Assembly: GCA_038087875.1 (NCBI GenBank)
Contig: CM075993.1
Span: forward strand, 372,001 to 436,000
DNA length: 64,000 nucleotides
Direction of reading: 5' to 3'
DNA from: Malacoraja senta
Taxonomy: Eukaryota
How positions within the stretch are numbered: position 1 is the stretch's first letter; every line of letters starts with the position of its first letter. Of this stretch, positions 61,013 to 64,000 are shown in pieces. The notes beneath the pieces were generated by a model, which had not been told where the DNA came from, searched no databases, and saw only the letters and a program-made list of their open reading frames with translations. Position numbers and translations under genes: made by a program.

Positions 61013-63399
61013 CTCCACCTTCACGGACGGTGGCTGAGTTCCTCCAGCGGTTTATTTGTTTGTGGATCTATGCCAAGTTGAGTGACTCTCCCAAGAAAAG
61101 AGCCTCCTGTCCACGCATAATCTAAATCTTCCACACCTCCAGATTCAGGGACAGTTTCTTCCCATCTGTTATCGGGCAACTGAATCATTCTATCACAACC
61201 AGAGAGTAGTGCTGAACTACTATCTACCTCTTTGGTGACCCTCAGACTATCCATGATCAGACTTTGCTGGCTTTACCTTGCACAAAACATTATTCCCTTT
61301 TCATGTATCTATACACTATAAACGGCTCGATTGTTATCATGTATTGTCTTTCTGTTGACTGGATAGCACTCAACAAAAACCTCGGTACATGTGACAAGAA
61401 ACTAAACTAAACTGCAAATCTCAATTTCATGAGTTTTATGGGACATTGACCACTTAATTTAAAGCAGTTGTGTTGGTGACGGTCTACCTGCAGGATTGAT
61501 AAAGGTGCTGCTGTCTACTTCACTCAGCAGTTGGAATAGTGGACTGATCTCGGATGCTGTTCCTGCTGTAGCCTTAAACAAACCGCTTGGCCCATGACAT
61601 AAACAGGAAACAATATTAGTAGGGCCTGAGAGTTGTTGGGATAATATTTCTCCTGACTGGGATGTCTAAAACCAGGGGTTACTGACTCAAGATATAGTAC
61701 TAATCATTTTTGACAGGGCTAGAAAAAATGTATTCACCCAGATAGTCTTCACTGTTGGGACTTCTCCATCCAAGATGCAGTGGTGGTTCAGTCACTAAAT
61801 ATATTTAAAATATTGATTCATAGATTTTTGGATATTATGAAAACAACTGTAGGTATATGTGTGAAAGTAGTACTGCTGAAAGATAACCCATGATCACATT
61901 GAATGCTGTAGTAGGTGCAGTTCCTGTTCCTTGTTATTGTTACACAGTATCTCAAGATTGAGAATAACTTGCTTCTGTACTGGGTTCTGAGATGGCTAAA
62001 GAAGCCAATATAAGACCCATAGTTCTTCCTCAAATGGGACAGAAGAGGGCTGTCAATTGTTTATTTTTGTCAGATATGAAGCTGACGGATAGGCGGACAG
62101 TTTGTGAGGTGGTGTGCTCCTGTTGTTGGAGCAGGATTTCTGTGCATTCCTAATGCATGGCTATAAGTTCTCAAAACCATACTCCACTTTGAGCAATTGT
62201 GGGCTAGACATTCCTGGAGTTAGTTGGGATGTTTTATCTTTTCCCCAGAGATCACTTCCTTGAATTTGTTCTTCTGTTCAACAAATAACAGCCTCTTACA
62301 AGGGTGCTGGGAATATTGGGTCTGTCCTTGGTACCTGGTGTTAAACATACAAACAACATGGCCTGTCCAACATTGCCAACTGGGAATGACTAGAACCTCA
62401 ATGCTGCAGAGGTTGAAGTAGGAGAGAAAGCTGACGATGGTTCACAAATCCTCCCAGTGAACTTGGAGGCAGTATTGGTTGTATTTTCCAATCACCGAAG
62501 AATAACAAAGATCAGGGATCACAGCTTTCTCCAAAACATACATTTTTTGACAGATAAGAAGCCTTGATTTATAAATACTCTTCTTCAATGGACCAACTTG
62601 TGTTCCTATAATGCTGTAGTTTCTGCAGCAGCAGTGCTTCTGCAGCCAGAGCACCACCCTGGCCCCTGCTCCTACAACACTGCCCATGCCTTGGCCATGA
62701 CAACACTGTCCCTGAACTGCCTCTGCAGCTATGCTGTTCCCCCTGCAAGTGCATCTGCTGCGGTAGTGCTGCCAATAATGTACTATATGACCACTGCTGC
62801 TGCTGCAGTGCTGCCTCTGCTGTTTAGCCGGCTCCTGCAATGCTGCCCTTTATCTGCAGTGAACTGGAAATGATACCAGCTGAAGCGATGGATTAAAATC
62901 CAGCATGAAGACAGAAGAAAAATAAAAGAACAAACTACACAATGCTAAGACCAAGAACTTCACACAAGACGTCCAATCTCGGTTACAGTAAGAAATTTGG
63001 CCGGAAATTCTGTAACCACAAGTGTTTCAGATACAACTTCCTGTGGTTTCCTGCCTTCCACTCTCACAGAGATCCATAAGCCAACCCTCATTTGTAGCTT
63101 ATGTTTTGCATAAAATTAAATAATCAGTATTCATTTCTCCTGGAAGATGTTAAGCCTCTAAATAGATGTTGAGTTGTGGAACTAGCTGCAAAAAATTGCA
63201 GTGGAGGAATTGGATTAACTTCTGAAAATGAAGGAGAGAACATTATTTTGAGTGAAGTCAGGGAACTGTAGGAAGCAGAAACAAATGGTGGGATTTGTAC
63301 ATAGATCCCAAACAGTAATGGTAACTTGGGAAAGTAGAGGAACACGTAAGAAGAGTAATAATAATCAAGAAAACTGGACAAACTAAATGAGCAGTTATA

Positions 63400-64000
63400 G
63401 TGAGGAGAACAAATATGGGGAATGTGAAGCCACCAACTTTGGTAGAAAACATGCAAGGTCAAAATATTTTTAACTGGATGGAGATTGATAGGTGTTAGTG
63501 TTCAGAAAGACCTGGCAGTCTTTGTATATAATTCACTGAAATTTAATGTGCAGCTACAATAGGTAATTAGGAAAGCTAGCAATAGGTTGACCTTTGTTGA
63601 GGAGAATTTAATTTAATTTAGAGATGTGTTACTTTATTTATACAGAACTCTGGAGAAACCATTTGTAGGCTTTTTATACAGGTCAGCTCTCCCCAACTAA
63701 GAAAATATATATTTAGATAGAGAAAGGACAACAGAGGTTTGCCAGATTGATTCCTGTGTTGCAGGTTAGTTGCGTGAGGAGAGCGTACGCAGACGGGCCT
63801 GCACTCTATTGAGTTTTAAAGAATAAGAGATTATCTCACTGAAGCATAGAAAACTCTTCAGGTGCTTACAGAGAAATGTGGTGTTAAAATTTCCCCATGC
63901 TGGGGTATCTAGATCTAGGGGTCACAGCTTTAAGAGGTCAGGCATTCAGAACAGGGATAAGAACAAATTTCTTCCCCAAAGGATAATGAATGTTTGAAAT
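63400..64000 (+). mobile_element. Old CR1 ORF2 fragment running off the window
   Basis: Degenerate NMGECEA..FGRK, QKDLAV, ..QRFARLIP, SRSRGHS motifs. Confidence 0.65.

Noticed and set aside
62600-62860. CTG/CAG-rich ORFs upstream of the promoter
   Set aside because: Low-complexity sequence with no recognisable protein similarity or splice support.

Overview
Eukaryotic (vertebrate) genomic DNA. The repeat content (HE1-type V-SINEs, HER1/CR1 LINEs, Penelope-like elements) points to a cartilaginous fish, probably a skate or ray; this is inferred. The window holds the 5' part of the tight junction protein ZO-1 gene (TJP1) on the minus strand. I traced 18 coding exons by hand, all with GT-AG junctions and consistent phases. 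They run from the start codon in a CpG island (60179, [11 protein letters not shown]) to exon 18 (692) and total 2445 nt / 815 codons, covering PDZ1-PDZ2-PDZ3-SH3-GUK. The gene continues beyond position 1. Introns are full of CR1, L2, Rex1/Babar, RTEX and Penelope fragments and SINEs. The most notable observations: (i) about 20 copies of a short, often palindromic element matching the 3' terminus of a Penelope-like element, carrying a minimal hammerhead-ribozyme-like core and inserted with 7-17 bp target-site duplications; (ii) a near-identical ~300 bp inverted copy of local intron-1 sequence, flanked by an 11-bp direct repeat; (iii) a short uORF and tandem repeats in the TJP1 leader/promoter; (iv) a minisatellite born from CR1 ORF2; (v) several nested insertion histories. 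No prokaryotic systems, CRISPR arrays, rRNA or true tRNA genes are supported. Repeat boundaries are approximate; exon boundaries were counted base by base.
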